64,000 nt of DNA from an uncultured Pelagibacteraceae bacterium (GTDB lineage Bacteria > Pseudomonadota > Alphaproteobacteria > Pelagibacterales > Pelagibacteraceae). How positions within the stretch are numbered: position 1 is the stretch's first letter; each line of letters starts with the position of its first letter. Below, in pieces: positions 40,780-51,219 of the stretch. The position numbers and the translations under genes are program-made. Location: NCBI GenBank assembly GCA_902582235.1, contig CACHQX010000001.1, positions 80,768 to 144,767 of the forward strand. The letters run 5' to 3'. The notes beneath the pieces are model-generated. The model was not told the origin of the DNA and ran no database searches. It worked only from the letters and a program-made list of their open reading frames with translations.

Positions 40780-41182
40780 GAAATTAATTAAAGAGCTTGT
40801 TGAAAACTTAGAAGAATTTGGACTAACTGAGCTTGAATACTCTGAAAAAGATACAAAAATAAAAGTATCAAGACAAATTCAAACTAGTCAAAATATCTCA
40901 CCAACTGTCATAACAGAAAAAAATAGTAAGAAAGTTGAAACTGTATCTGGAACTGAGGTAAAGTCACCAATTATAGGAACAGCTTATTTAGCACCTGAAC
41001 CAGGTGCAAAAAAATTTATTGAAATTGGAAAAAAAATTAAAAAAGGTGATACTGTAATGATAGTTGAAGCAATGAAAACAATGAATCATGTTCCTTCTCC
41101 AAAAGATGGTGTTGTAAAAAGTGTAAATGTTGAAGACGGTCAGCCTGTTGAATATGGGCAGACTCTTGCAGTAATCGATTAA
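40766..41182 (+). CDS. accB: Biotin carboxyl carrier protein
   Basis: SPIIGTAY, EAMKTMN, VEYGQ. Confidence 0.95.
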   Translation: MKINKKLIKELVENLEEFGLTELEYSEKDTKIKVSRQIQTSQNISPTVITEKNSKKVETVSGTEVKSPIIGTAYLAPEPGAKKFIEIGKKIKKGDTVMIVEAMKTMNHVPSPKDGVVKSVNVEDGQPVEYGQTLAVID

Positions 41183-41184
41183 AA

Positions 41185-42522
41185 ATGTTCAAAAAAATTT
41201 TAATAGCTAATAGAGGCGAGATAGCTGTTAGGATTATCAGAGCATGTAAAGAATGGGGAATTCAAACAGTAGCAATACATTCAGATGTAGATAAAGAAAG
41301 TATGCATGTTAAACTGGCCGATGAAAGTGTTTGTGTTGGCTCTCATCAGCCTGCTAATAGCTATTTAAATATTCCTGCAATATTATCAGCGATAGAGATA
41401 ACAAATTCTGAGGCAGTTCATCCAGGATATGGATTTTTGTCAGAAAATTTTAATTTTGCCAAAATGCTTGAAGAAAACAACATAAAATTTATTGGACCGT
41501 CTTCAAAACTTATTAGGATGATGGGTGATAAAATTGAGGCAAAAAAAATTGCAAAAAAATATGGTTTGCCGGTTATTGAAGGTTCTGAGGGAGGTATCTC
41601 AGATTTAGAAAGTGGTAAAAAGTTAGCCAAAGAAATTGGTTTTCCTATCCTTATTAAAGCCGCTGGTGGAGGTGGTGGAAAAGGAATGAAGATTGTAAGG
41701 TCTGAAAAAGAATTTGATAACTTATTTTTAACCGCTAAATCAGAGGCCAAGAAGTTTTTTGCGAATGATGAAGTATATATTGAAAAATTTTTTCAAAATC
41801 CACGTCATATTGAAGTTCAAGTGCTTTCAGGAAAAAATCATACTGTCCACTTGCATGAAAGAGACTGTTCTGTTCAAAGACGACATCAAAAATTAATTGA
41901 AGAAACTCCAAGTCCTGTTTTAACTAATGAAATTCGAAAAGATCTCTTCGATAGGACAGTTAAAATGGTATCTAAAATTGGTTACGAAGGAGCTGGAACA
42001 GTAGAATATATTTATGAAGATGGTAAATTTTATTTTTTAGAAATGAACACAAGGGTTCAAGTTGAACATCCTGTTACAGAGATGGTCACTGGTATAGATA
42101 TTATTAAAGAACAAATATGGATTGCATATACAGGAAACACTGCCTTAGAACAGTCTGACATTAACCCTAGAGGTCATGCTATTGAGTGTAGAATAAATGC
42201 GGAAGACCCAAGCAGAAATTTTCAGCCATCCCCAGGATTAATTGGAATGTGTCACCAACCGTCAGGGTTTAGAACCAGAGTGGATAGTTCGATTTATCAG
42301 GGTTTCAAAGTAACACCTTACTATGACAGTATGGTATGTAAATTAATTTGCCATGGCAGAAACAGAACAGAGGCAATACAGCGAACTTTAAGATCTTTAG
42401 ATGAATTTGTTATAGAGGGAATTACAACAACAATTAAATTACACAAAAAACTTTTAAATCACGAAAAATTTATTAAGTCAAAATTTAACGTGACTTGGCT
42501 GGACAACGAAAAAATTGTTTAA
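41185..42522 (+). CDS. accC: Biotin carboxylase
   Basis: ANRGEIA, HPGYGFLSEN, GGGGKG, RDCSVQRRHQK, EMNTRVQVEH. Confidence 0.97.
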   Translation: MFKKILIANRGEIAVRIIRACKEWGIQTVAIHSDVDKESMHVKLADESVCVGSHQPANSYLNIPAILSAIEITNSEAVHPGYGFLSENFNFAKMLEENNIKFIGPSSKLIRMMGDKIEAKKIAKKYGLPVIEGSEGGISDLESGKKLAKEIGFPILIKAAGGGGGKGMKIVRSEKEFDNLFLTAKSEAKKFFANDEVYIEKFFQNPRHIEVQVLSGKNHTVHLHERDCSVQRRHQKLIEETPSPVLTNEIRKDLFDRTVKMVSKIGYEGAGTVEYIYEDGKFYFLEMNTRVQVEHPVTEMVTGIDIIKEQIWIAYTGNTALEQSDINPRGHAIECRINAEDPSRNFQPSPGLIGMCHQPSGFRTRVDSSIYQGFKVTPYYDSMVCKLICHGRNRTEAIQRTLRSLDEFVIEGITTTIKLHKKLLNHEKFIKSKFNVTWLDNEKIV

Positions 42523-42926
42523 TAACACTTTAAAATCCATAAGTCGTAAACTGGGTGATCAAAAACTTGGATTGACGGACTAGATGAAAAAGTCCATCCA
42601 TTAAAAACAAAAACCTCATCATTATTAGAATTCTTATTATCCTTTACTTGAAGATATGTGGTTATATCTGGATTATCATCAAATTTAGAATTTTTACATT
42701 TCAAAACTTTAATTTCTAAATTTTTATATAAAAAATTTTCACCAATATTTAAATTTAATAATTTACTTTTTGAACTAAGTTTGTCTAAAATTCTAATATC
42801 AATTTTTTTTCCAAAGTAATCAAGGTCATCAGCTTGAACACTACTTATCATCAGAAGATAAAAGAAAATTGGAATTATTGAGATTTTACTCTTTCCAAGA
42901 TTTATATTTTTTATTTTCATTTTCAC
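42519..42926 (-). CDS. DUF2155 domain protein
   Basis: LDK, F.GW.FSSSPS...FDHPVYD.W..C; start uncertain (overlaps upstream gene). Confidence 0.8.
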   Translation of the reverse strand: MKMKIKNINLGKSKISIIPIFFYLLMISSVQADDLDYFGKKIDIRILDKLSSKSKLLNLNIGENFLYKNLEIKVLKCKNSKFDDNPDITTYLQVKDNKNSNNDEVFVFNGWTFSSSPSIQVFDHPVYDLWILKCY

Positions 42927-43242
42927 TTTTTTTAGGATGATAGGCTTTGTCTGTTCCAGTAAGATTGGGTTTGTGGGACTTTTGCCAAGAAAATTTTTTT
43001 TGATCTTGGACTTTTTCTATTTTATTTTTTGTAAAATGAATCCAAGAAAACCATTCATTTGGTATTTTTGTTGAATCTACTTCTCCATTATATATAACCC
43101 ATCTTCGTCCATTTTTACTCTCATAGTATTTGTTACCGTTTTCATCTTTGCCAACAAATTTTCCTTTGAAAAAAGTGTGAAGTCTTGTACCTAGAGTTTG
43201 ATGATTCCACCAAGTGAAAATTTGTTTAAATAGAGTCAACAT
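42886..43242 (-). CDS. NADH:ubiquinone oxidoreductase subunit NDUFA12-like
   Basis: FTWWN.QT.GT, GKDENGNKYY, RRWVIY, IP.EW..WIH, PNLTGT..AY; start MLTLFKQ at 43242. Confidence 0.9.
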   Translation of the reverse strand: MLTLFKQIFTWWNHQTLGTRLHTFFKGKFVGKDENGNKYYESKNGRRWVIYNGEVDSTKIPNEWFSWIHFTKNKIEKVQDQKKFSWQKSHKPNLTGTDKAYHPKKSENENKKYKSWKE

Positions 43243-43301
43243 AAAAATTTGTTTTTTTTCAATTTTAAATTGTAAAAAATAAATTAGACTAAAAATTAAT
43301 T

Positions 43302-43313
43302 TTGTATATACAA
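43302..43313. promoter_or_regulatory. Palindrome TTGTATATACAA overlapping a putative -10 (TACAAT) of the NrdJ-remnant gene
   Basis: Perfect 12-bp inverted repeat; TAGACT -35 at 43285-43290. Confidence 0.3.
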
Positions 43314-43351
43314 TAGAATCTCTAAGACTCAAAATAAATAAGGAAATTATT

Positions 43352-44179
43352 ATGGCAAAATATCTCGTTGAAACCTTTTATACATGCACTTTTAAAGTCA
43401 GTCACTACCTAGATAAAATAGACGAAAAAGAATTAGAAAATCTTGAAAAAAAAGAAGATGGAAAATTTGAAATATTAGACATGAAAATTGATAATCGAAA
43501 AACTAAGAATTTAGACAAGAATCTTAAAACAGTAGATAATCTTAGTGATAAAGAAAAACAAATTAAGAAAGTAAACAAAATTGATGATAATAAAATGAAT
43601 AATACTTTTGTCAAAAATCTAAATGAATCAGTAAATAAAAGATTTGGTATGCCCGACAGAAGAAAAGGTTATATTCAAAAAGCTACCATAGGAGATCACA
43701 AGGTTTATTTGCATACAGGTGAATATGAGGATGGTAAGATTGGTGAAATTTTTATCGATACCAGTAAAGAAGGTGAACTAGTGAAAGCTTTAATGAATAA
43801 TTTTGCAATAGCTATATCTTTGGGTTTGCAGTATGGCGTTCCTTTAGACGAATTTGTTAATGCTTATGTAGATACAAAATTTGAACCATCGGGAAAAGTT
43901 TACGGCAATGATAGAATTCTTTCTGCCTCATCTATTTTAGATTATATTTTTAGAGAACTTGCTATTTCATACTTAAATAGAGAAGATCTTGCTCATACTC
44001 CATCAATTGGAAGAACAGACAAGATGGATGAAAAAAATGCAGGTGCTATGAATGATGAAAATAATGAGTTAATTAAAATTGTTAAAGATATTACCAGTAA
44101 GGGTTTTGTAAGAAACGATTATAAAAGAAAACTTATTGACCTATCCGATATCAGAATAAATCTTAAGGGAAAAAAGTGA
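43352..44179 (+). CDS. Stand-alone class II ribonucleotide reductase C-terminal (TSCPD/NrdJb-like) domain protein
   Basis: [32 protein letters not shown]...[22 protein letters not shown]...[11 protein letters not shown]; no catalytic barrel. Confidence 0.85.
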   Translation: MAKYLVETFYTCTFKVSHYLDKIDEKELENLEKKEDGKFEILDMKIDNRKTKNLDKNLKTVDNLSDKEKQIKKVNKIDDNKMNNTFVKNLNESVNKRFGMPDRRKGYIQKATIGDHKVYLHTGEYEDGKIGEIFIDTSKEGELVKALMNNFAIAISLGLQYGVPLDEFVNAYVDTKFEPSGKVYGNDRILSASSILDYIFRELAISYLNREDLAHTPSIGRTDKMDEKNAGAMNDENNELIKIVKDITSKGFVRNDYKRKLIDLSDIRINLKGKK

Positions 44180-45967
44180 TTACTTTTTTTTGGTAATTGA
44201 AAGCTGAAGTTCTTTTAATTGATCTTCGCTGACCTCAGATGGTGCCATCATCATTAAATCTTGAGCGTTCTGGTTCATTGGAAACATTGTAACCTCCCTG
44301 ATATTGGACTCATTTGCAAGTAACATCACTATCCTGTCAATTCCTGGAGCTATCCCGCCATGAGGAGGTGCACCATAACTTAGTGCATTTATCATTCCGC
44401 TAAACTTGCTATCTACATCTTTTTTTTTGTATCCAGCTATTTCAAAAAGTTTATACATTAATTCTGGAATATGATTTCTAATGGCGCCAGAAGATAACTC
44501 TATTCCATTGCAAACAATATCATATTGGTATGCTTTCATTTCTAATGGTTTGGAAAAATCAATATCTTTAATATCCCCTTGAGGCATTGAAAAAGGATTA
44601 TGACTAAATTTAATTTTTTTTGTCTTTTCGTCTAATTCATACATAGGATAATCAATTATCCAACAAAATGAAAATATATCATTAGATATTAAATTTAAAT
44701 CCTCAGCAATTTTATTTCTTGCTAAAGAAAGAATTTTTTCAACATCTTTGTTTTGTCCACATGACATAAAAATACTGTCACCAATTTTTGAATTAGTTAA
44801 TTTCAAAATTTTTTCACAAGCTTCTGAAGAAAAAAATTTTCCAACAGGACCTTTGCCCACAATTTTGTTATTTTCTTCTATAAAGGTGAAATATGCTAAA
44901 CCACCTGAGCCTTCTTTCTTGGCCCAATTATCAATATTATCAAAAAAACTTCTTTGTTTTTCTTTGGTATCCTTTGTAATGATTGCTTTTACAACTTTTC
45001 CTTTTGAAACTTCTTTTTTAAAAATATCAAATTTAACGTCATCTCTGGTAAAAATTTCTGTAATATTCGAGATAATTAGTGGATTTCTAAGATCAGGTTT
45101 ATCTGTTCCATATTTTTCAATTGCTTCTAAATATTTTATTCTAGGAAACTTTTCACTTGCTAGTTTTTTATTCGAAAATTCCTTAAACAATTTTAGAAAC
45201 AGATTTTCAATTACTGAAAAAACATCTTCTTGTTCAACAAATGACATCTCTATATCTAGTTGGTAAAATTCACCAGGACTTCTATCTGCTCTTGCATCTT
45301 CGTCTCTGAAGCAAGGTGCGATTTGAAAGTATTTATCAAATCCTGAAATCATAATTAGTTGTTTAAATTGTTGCGGTGCTTGGGGCAAAGCATAAAATTT
45401 TCCAGGATTTAATCTACTCGGAACAAGAAAGTCTCTTGCTCCCTCAGGACTTGACGAAGTTAATATGGGAGTTTGAAACTCTAAAAAACCCATCTTCTCC
45501 ATTTCTTTTCTAATAAAGGAAATTACTTTTGATCTTAAGATAATATTATTATGAATTTGTTTTCTTCTTAAATCTAAAAATCTATACTTAAGTCTTATCT
45601 CCTCAGAATATTCTTGGTCACTAAAAACTGGGAGAGGCAACTCTTTTGTTTTTCCGATAATTTCGAATTTTTCAATAGCAACTTCAATATCCCCTGTTAA
45701 AAGGTCTTTATTAATTGTCTCTTTGCTTCTTTCTATAACTTTTCCGTTTATTTTTATAACTGTTTCAAGTTGAAGCTTTTCCAATTCTTTAAAAAATTTA
45801 TTTTCTTTATCAATTACACATTGTGTTATCCCATAATGATCCCTTAGATCGATAAAAAGGAGATTTCCATGATCTCTTTTTTTATTTATCCAGCCAGATA
45901 ACGTTACATCTTTTTTAGTAAATTTTTTTGTGAGTTCACCACAAGTATGTGTTCTAAATTTTTTCAA
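44180..45967 (-). CDS. aspS: Aspartate--tRNA ligase (likely non-discriminating)
   Basis: RTHTCG, RDHG, EGARDFLVP, LPQAPQ, FRDEDARADR, GAPPHGG.A.G.DR. Confidence 0.97.
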   Translation of the reverse strand: MKKFRTHTCGELTKKFTKKDVTLSGWINKKRDHGNLLFIDLRDHYGITQCVIDKENKFFKELEKLQLETVIKINGKVIERSKETINKDLLTGDIEVAIEKFEIIGKTKELPLPVFSDQEYSEEIRLKYRFLDLRRKQIHNNIILRSKVISFIRKEMEKMGFLEFQTPILTSSSPEGARDFLVPSRLNPGKFYALPQAPQQFKQLIMISGFDKYFQIAPCFRDEDARADRSPGEFYQLDIEMSFVEQEDVFSVIENLFLKLFKEFSNKKLASEKFPRIKYLEAIEKYGTDKPDLRNPLIISNITEIFTRDDVKFDIFKKEVSKGKVVKAIITKDTKEKQRSFFDNIDNWAKKEGSGGLAYFTFIEENNKIVGKGPVGKFFSSEACEKILKLTNSKIGDSIFMSCGQNKDVEKILSLARNKIAEDLNLISNDIFSFCWIIDYPMYELDEKTKKIKFSHNPFSMPQGDIKDIDFSKPLEMKAYQYDIVCNGIELSSGAIRNHIPELMYKLFEIAGYKKKDVDSKFSGMINALSYGAPPHGGIAPGIDRIVMLLANESNIREVTMFPMNQNAQDLMMMAPSEVSEDQLKELQLSITKKK

Positions 45968-46644
45968 TTTGATACTCCTAAAATTTCTTTAATTATTTTT
46001 AAATTAATAGGTTTTTTTTTTTTTAAACTAATTTCATCAATTGTACATATAAATTCCGATATTTTATCATAAGATCTAGCAATTCTTTTACAGATAAAAT
46101 TTATTAGTTTTTTATCTAAAATTATTTGGCTATCTGAAAAATTTTTAACTATAAGAGCGTAAATTAGTTCATCATCTGGTTTATCAATTTTGGCTGTAAG
46201 AATATTCTTAAATCTTGAATTTAAATCTTTAAGTTTTGTCTCCATCTCATTTACAGCTTTCACAGATGTTATTAATAAATACTTATTATCTTTTTCAATC
46301 ATATCAATTAAAGAATAAGTTGTTTTCTCATCACATTTTTCATTAAAATCTTCAATCACAATATTTTGATATCTTTTAATTTTATCGAATATTTTCTCAT
46401 TCAAGTCTTTAAATTTAAATTTGATACCTTTTTCATTTTCTAAAAAAATTTCTGATAAATGAGACTTGCCTGATTTCCGTTCACCATAAATATTTAATAT
46501 TTTTTTTTCCCAATTAGGCCAGCTTTTAATCAAATTAAATGCAAAATAATTACATTCACTCACGAAAAAATCGTTTTTATCAAAATTTGATAATTGCTCA
46601 AACTTGAATATTTCTTGTCTTAAGTCTCTTATCTTACTTTCCAT
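45964..46644 (-). CDS. hda: DnaA regulatory inactivator HdaA-like protein
   Basis: QEIFKF clamp-type motif, F.VS..N..A, WPNW, G...SGKSHL, DLNSR, PDD. Confidence 0.8.
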   Translation of the reverse strand: MESKIRDLRQEIFKFEQLSNFDKNDFFVSECNYFAFNLIKSWPNWEKKILNIYGERKSGKSHLSEIFLENEKGIKFKFKDLNEKIFDKIKRYQNIVIEDFNEKCDEKTTYSLIDMIEKDNKYLLITSVKAVNEMETKLKDLNSRFKNILTAKIDKPDDELIYALIVKNFSDSQIILDKKLINFICKRIARSYDKISEFICTIDEISLKKKKPINLKIIKEILGVSN

Positions 46645-47705
46645 ATTTCTTGATTTGTATCGATGTCGATATCTTTCTCTTTCATTAAGGTTAAAAATTG
46701 ATTTGGATTACCATTAAAAATTATTTTATAAATCGTATAATTATTATTTAAACTTGTAACATAAAAGTTTGAAACCAAATCAAGCTGTGCTAAATAATTT
46801 TCAATTAATTGAATTTGTTTAACTTTTTTTGAATTAATTGAAATATTTATTGGAAGTTTTATTGAAGTATTAATTTGGTTATTTTGTTTCCAAATATCCT
46901 CAAAAAAAATCTTGGTTTTTTCTATAATATTTAATAGTTGTAAATCATCCGAAATATCAACTTTTTTATAAGTTTGATTTGAAATTTTTACTTTGCCTTC
47001 ATAAAACATTTTTGAAAGCACTCTTAGATTATTCTTGTTCTTAAAATATATTGCGACTATGTAATCCTCTGTATCATATTTTTTTACAATTTGATCAAAT
47101 TTAAAATTTTCAATAATATCCTTATTTTCGTTAATAAACTTTAGGTCGAGAATATCTTCTTCATGTAACACGTAATTTATTTGGGAAAAATTTTTTGTAT
47201 CATCATTCCATTTTGTATAGAAGGGATTTCTATCAAATAAAAAAACTTTGTCTTCGTCATTGTCTATAAGTATAAGTAAAGTCAGAAATTCTTTTTTTTT
47301 ATACATTGATGGAAATATATTTTTCTTTTCAAAAAAACTTAAAATTTTAGGCTTATCAAAATTTACCTCGAAATTTGCCTGATAATTTTTATTTAGGAAC
47401 TGCTCATTATTAATAGTGAAAGAATCTATAAGATATTTGATATCTTTTAATTGTGTATTTTTAATTCTATTTTTATCATTAGAGGTTATTAGGCTGTTCA
47501 AAAGAATATCAAAAGCTTCACCAAATGCTTTATTAATAACTTTTTCTTTATTAAAATTAGAATTAAAAGGCTCCTCAATTTCTATGTCTTGAATTTTGAA
47601 AATTTTACTAAAAGTATAAGTGTGAATAAAACAAATAAAAAAAACTACAAATATAGTAAAAACTATATAAGATGAAGACTTCAAAAAATTTTTTTTTAAA
47701 AACAT
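46629..47705 (-). CDS. Hypothetical exported protein (DUF2066-like)
   Basis: N-terminal hydrophobic segment; usual position between purM and hda. Confidence 0.65.
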   Translation of the reverse strand: MFLKKNFLKSSSYIVFTIFVVFFICFIHTYTFSKIFKIQDIEIEEPFNSNFNKEKVINKAFGEAFDILLNSLITSNDKNRIKNTQLKDIKYLIDSFTINNEQFLNKNYQANFEVNFDKPKILSFFEKKNIFPSMYKKKEFLTLLILIDNDEDKVFLFDRNPFYTKWNDDTKNFSQINYVLHEEDILDLKFINENKDIIENFKFDQIVKKYDTEDYIVAIYFKNKNNLRVLSKMFYEGKVKISNQTYKKVDISDDLQLLNIIEKTKIFFEDIWKQNNQINTSIKLPINISINSKKVKQIQLIENYLAQLDLVSNFYVTSLNNNYTIYKIIFNGNPNQFLTLMKEKDIDIDTNQEIWKVR

Positions 47706-47713
47706 TTTTAAAT

Positions 47714-48739
47714 ATGAAAAAATATAAATTTACATATCAAAAAAGCGGAGTAAACATAAATGCTTCTAATCATTTCATTAAATATATATCTAAATTAACT
47801 AAAAAAGGAAATTCTAAAAATAAATTTAAGAATATAGGCAGTTTTGGTTCAATTAATGAAATTCCAAAAAAGTTTAAGAATCCTCTATTAGTAAGTAGTA
47901 CTGATGGTGTCGGAACTAAACTTGAAATAGCAAATATTTTGAAAAAGTTTGATACAATTGGAATAGATTTAGTTGCAATGTGCGTAAATGATATTTTGGT
48001 GCTTGGGGCAAAACCACTTTTTTTTTTAGATTACATTTCAATTGATAAAATTAATTTAACAAAATTAAAAAATATTATTAAAGGAATACATCACGGTTGT
48101 AAAATAAGTGACTGTCAATTAGTAGGAGGAGAAACAGCTGAAATGCCAGGAACTTATTCTAAAAATAAATTTGATTTAGCGGGATTTTCTGTAGGGATTG
48201 TAAGTAAGAATAATCTTTTGAAAAAGGAAAGTATAAAAGAAAATAATTTAATTTTAGCAGTACCTTCCAATGGATTACATTCCAATGGATATTCCTTATT
48301 AAGAGAAGTTTTAAAAAAAAGAAAAATTAATTTTAAAAAAAATAAATTTTTACGAAATGAAGTATTAAAACCCACAAAAATTTATGTGAAAGAAATTATG
48401 AATTTAGTCGACAGGAAATTGATCAATGGATGTGCGAATATAACAGGTGGAGGTATTGGTGATAATATTGAGAGAGTAATACCAAAAAATCTTTGTGCAA
48501 GAATAGATTTGGACAAAATAAAAACACATAAAATTTTTAGTTGGATAAACAAAAACGGTGTTTCTCAAAAAGAAATGCTAAAAACCTTTAACTGTGGGGT
48601 AGGTTTTTGTTTGATCATTAAAAGAAATAATTTTCATAAAACTTTAAAGTTTTTTTCGAAAGAATACCGCCCCTATATTATTGGAGAAGTTATTAAAAAT
48701 AAAAGTAGAGTAAAATATACTAGCCATATACGTTGGTAA
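47714..48739 (+). CDS. purM: Phosphoribosylformylglycinamidine cyclo-ligase
   Basis: TY..SGV, TDGVGTK, DLVAMCVND, GGETAEMPG, SNGLHSNG, TFNCG. Confidence 0.96.
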   Translation: MKKYKFTYQKSGVNINASNHFIKYISKLTKKGNSKNKFKNIGSFGSINEIPKKFKNPLLVSSTDGVGTKLEIANILKKFDTIGIDLVAMCVNDILVLGAKPLFFLDYISIDKINLTKLKNIIKGIHHGCKISDCQLVGGETAEMPGTYSKNKFDLAGFSVGIVSKNNLLKKESIKENNLILAVPSNGLHSNGYSLLREVLKKRKINFKKNKFLRNEVLKPTKIYVKEIMNLVDRKLINGCANITGGGIGDNIERVIPKNLCARIDLDKIKTHKIFSWINKNGVSQKEMLKTFNCGVGFCLIIKRNNFHKTLKFFSKEYRPYIIGEVIKNKSRVKYTSHIRW

Positions 48740-48740
48740 T

Positions 48741-49310
48741 GTGATCAAGGAAAAAACTAATATTGCGGTGTTTATCTCGGGAAGAGGAACAAATCTCAAA
48801 GCATTAATTTTAAGATCAAATAACAAAAATTGTAATTATAGAATTAGATTTGTTGTCAGCAACAAAAAAAATGCTGTTGGATTAAAAATTGCAAAAAAAA
48901 ATAAAATTTTAACAAAAATTATTTCTCAAAAATTTTTAAAAGATGAACAAAAAAAACTAGCAAAAATCCTCATTAATAAAAATATACAGTTTATTTGTTT
49001 AGCGGGGTTTATGAAAATTTTAAGTCCATATTTCCTTAATTTTTTTAAGAATAAAATAATTAATATTCATCCATCTTTATTACCTAAGTACAAAGGGCTT
49101 AACACACACCATAGAGCTTTAAAAGCTAAAGAAAAATTTTCAGGATGTACAATACATTATGTAAGTAAAAAATTGGACTCCGGTGAGATCATTGCAAAAA
49201 AAAAGGTTAAGATCTTAAAAAAAGATACTATAAAAAAACTGGAGAAAAGAGTACTAAAGGAAGAGAATAAACTTTATCCTCTAGTTTTAGAAAAAATAAT
49301 TAGGTCTTAA
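48741..49310 (+). CDS. purN: Phosphoribosylglycinamide formyltransferase
   Basis: ISGRGTN, LAGFM, NIHPSLLP, LDSG. Confidence 0.95.
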   Translation: MIKEKTNIAVFISGRGTNLKALILRSNNKNCNYRIRFVVSNKKNAVGLKIAKKNKILTKIISQKFLKDEQKKLAKILINKNIQFICLAGFMKILSPYFLNFFKNKIINIHPSLLPKYKGLNTHHRALKAKEKFSGCTIHYVSKKLDSGEIIAKKKVKILKKDTIKKLEKRVLKEENKLYPLVLEKIIRS

Positions 49311-49710
49311 AAAAGAAATTAATTTCTTTATTAGCGTTTTCAATACTGTCAGAACCATGAACTGAATTTTTATCAATGGATAACCCATATTTTTTTCTTA
49401 TTGTTCCCTCTTCTGCTTTAGTGGGATCAGTTGCTCCCATAACTTTTCGGTTTTCGGAAACTGCGTCAACTTTTTCAAGTATCATTGCAACAATAGGTCC
49501 AGAAGAAAGATAATTACAAAGATCATTATAAAAAGGTTTTGTTTCATGTACTTTGTAGAAAATCTCAGCATCTTTTTTTTCTAATTTAACCTTTTTTTGT
49601 TTAGCAATTGTAAAGCCAGATTTAATGAAAAATTGTTTTATTTCCTCTTCTAAATTTCGCTCTACTGCATCAGGTTTAATCAACGAAAGAGTTTGTTCAA
49701 CTTTACTCAT
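49300..49710 (-). CDS. ndk: Nucleoside diphosphate kinase
   Basis: IKPDAV, GATDP, NSVHGSDS. Confidence 0.97.
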   Translation of the reverse strand: MSKVEQTLSLIKPDAVERNLEEEIKQFFIKSGFTIAKQKKVKLEKKDAEIFYKVHETKPFYNDLCNYLSSGPIVAMILEKVDAVSENRKVMGATDPTKAEEGTIRKKYGLSIDKNSVHGSDSIENANKEINFFFKT

Positions 49711-51163
49711 AATTATCTTCGATAAACTTGTTCAACAGTCTAACCCCATAACCTGTAGCACCACTTGAATTAAGAGCTCCGGCATATTTTGAAAAGGCCA
49801 TACCTGCAATATCTAAATGAGCCCAAGGTGTTTTGTTTAAAATAAATCTTTGCAAAAATTGGGCTGCAGTAGTCGACCCTGCTCCACCAACATAATTTAT
49901 ATTCTGCATATCTGCATTTTTGGAATTCATAAGTTTATCGTAATTAGAGTGTAATGGAAGTCTCCACGCTTTTTCCTCAACTTTTTCACCAGCTTCATGA
50001 ATTTGCTTTGATAAATTGTCGTTATTAGAAAACAATCCAGCATACTCAGATCCCAATGCAACTACAATAGCGCCAGTTAGTGTCGCTAAGTCTACAATCA
50101 AATTTGGTTTAAATTTTTTTTCTGTAAAAGTTATTGCATCTGCTAAAACTAGTCTTCCCTCTGCATCAGTATTTAATACTTCGATTGTTTTTCCGCTAAA
50201 TGATTTAACAATGTCTCCAGGCCTTTGTGCATTTCCTCCTGGCATATTTTCTACTAATCCTACAACACCAACGGCGTTAACTTTTGATTTTCTTAATGCT
50301 AAATTTTTCATTAGACCCACTACAACAGCTGAACCAGCCATGTCATAAGTCATATCTTCCATAAACCTTGCGGGTTTTAAAGATATACCTCCAGTATCAA
50401 AACAAACCCCTTTACCTACAAAAGCTAATGGTTTTGAATTTGATTTAGTTCCTCTCCATTCAAGAGTTACTAAATACGAGCCTCTAATGCTTCCTTGTCC
50501 AACACCAACCAATGCGTTGCAACCCATTTTTTTTAATTGCTTTTCATTATAAACAGAAACTTTAAGACCAATTTTTTTCAATTGAGTTAGCCTTTTAGCA
50601 TATTCATCTGGGTGCAATATATTTCCAGGTTCCGACACTAAATCTTTTGTGTAGTTTACTCCTAATTCGATTGCTTTATATTTGTCATAAATTTTCTTAT
50701 TAAATTTTTTCGACGAAGCTATGTTTACTTTTAGGGTATCAGACTCTTTTTTTGATTTATATCTGTCAAAAGAATATGACTTTAATCTCATACCGTGTAA
50801 AAATTCGTAAATGGCATCTGGTTTTAAATTTACAGATATTGAGTCTGAAACAATGTGAATAAGCTTTGCACCCTCACTAATTAAAAAATCAGTGAGCTTA
50901 GCTCCACTTTTTTCTGTTTCATTCGGTTTCTGATTTTTTTTAGAAGGAATGAGAATTATTTTTTGATTGGGGTTAAGATCGAAAGATAATAAACCTTTTT
51001 TTTTATTCTTATTTTTTAAAAGTACATTTAGGTTTTTATAGTCAGCAGAACTCAGATACTTTTTTAAATGAGCGATTTCTGACTTTTCGTTGGCAAAAAA
51101 GGCAATACATCCAGAAAGCTTTGAGATTTTTGTAAATTTTAAAAAGGTGTCTTTTATAATCAT
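49703..51163 (-). CDS. pepA: Leucyl aminopeptidase
   Basis: GKGVCFDTGG, NTDAEGRL, ATLTG, WAHLDIAG. Confidence 0.96.
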   Translation of the reverse strand: MIIKDTFLKFTKISKLSGCIAFFANEKSEIAHLKKYLSSADYKNLNVLLKNKNKKKGLLSFDLNPNQKIILIPSKKNQKPNETEKSGAKLTDFLISEGAKLIHIVSDSISVNLKPDAIYEFLHGMRLKSYSFDRYKSKKESDTLKVNIASSKKFNKKIYDKYKAIELGVNYTKDLVSEPGNILHPDEYAKRLTQLKKIGLKVSVYNEKQLKKMGCNALVGVGQGSIRGSYLVTLEWRGTKSNSKPLAFVGKGVCFDTGGISLKPARFMEDMTYDMAGSAVVVGLMKNLALRKSKVNAVGVVGLVENMPGGNAQRPGDIVKSFSGKTIEVLNTDAEGRLVLADAITFTEKKFKPNLIVDLATLTGAIVVALGSEYAGLFSNNDNLSKQIHEAGEKVEEKAWRLPLHSNYDKLMNSKNADMQNINYVGGAGSTTAAQFLQRFILNKTPWAHLDIAGMAFSKYAGALNSSGATGYGVRLLNKFIEDNYE

Positions 51164-51219
51164 AATTTTTTATTCATTTTTCTACCAAAACGTGTATATG
51201 TTTATTTTAAGGAATTTCA

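Noticed and set aside
43243-43332. N-terminal extension of NDUFA12, and likewise of rne (37503), purM (47672) and cysK (1403)
   Set aside because: Longest-ORF artifacts over AT-rich promoter DNA; family homology begins at downstream ATGs
43243-43351. NrdR boxes upstream of the NrdJ-like gene
   Set aside because: No convincing tandem acaCwAtATaTwGtg match; only an unrelated palindrome
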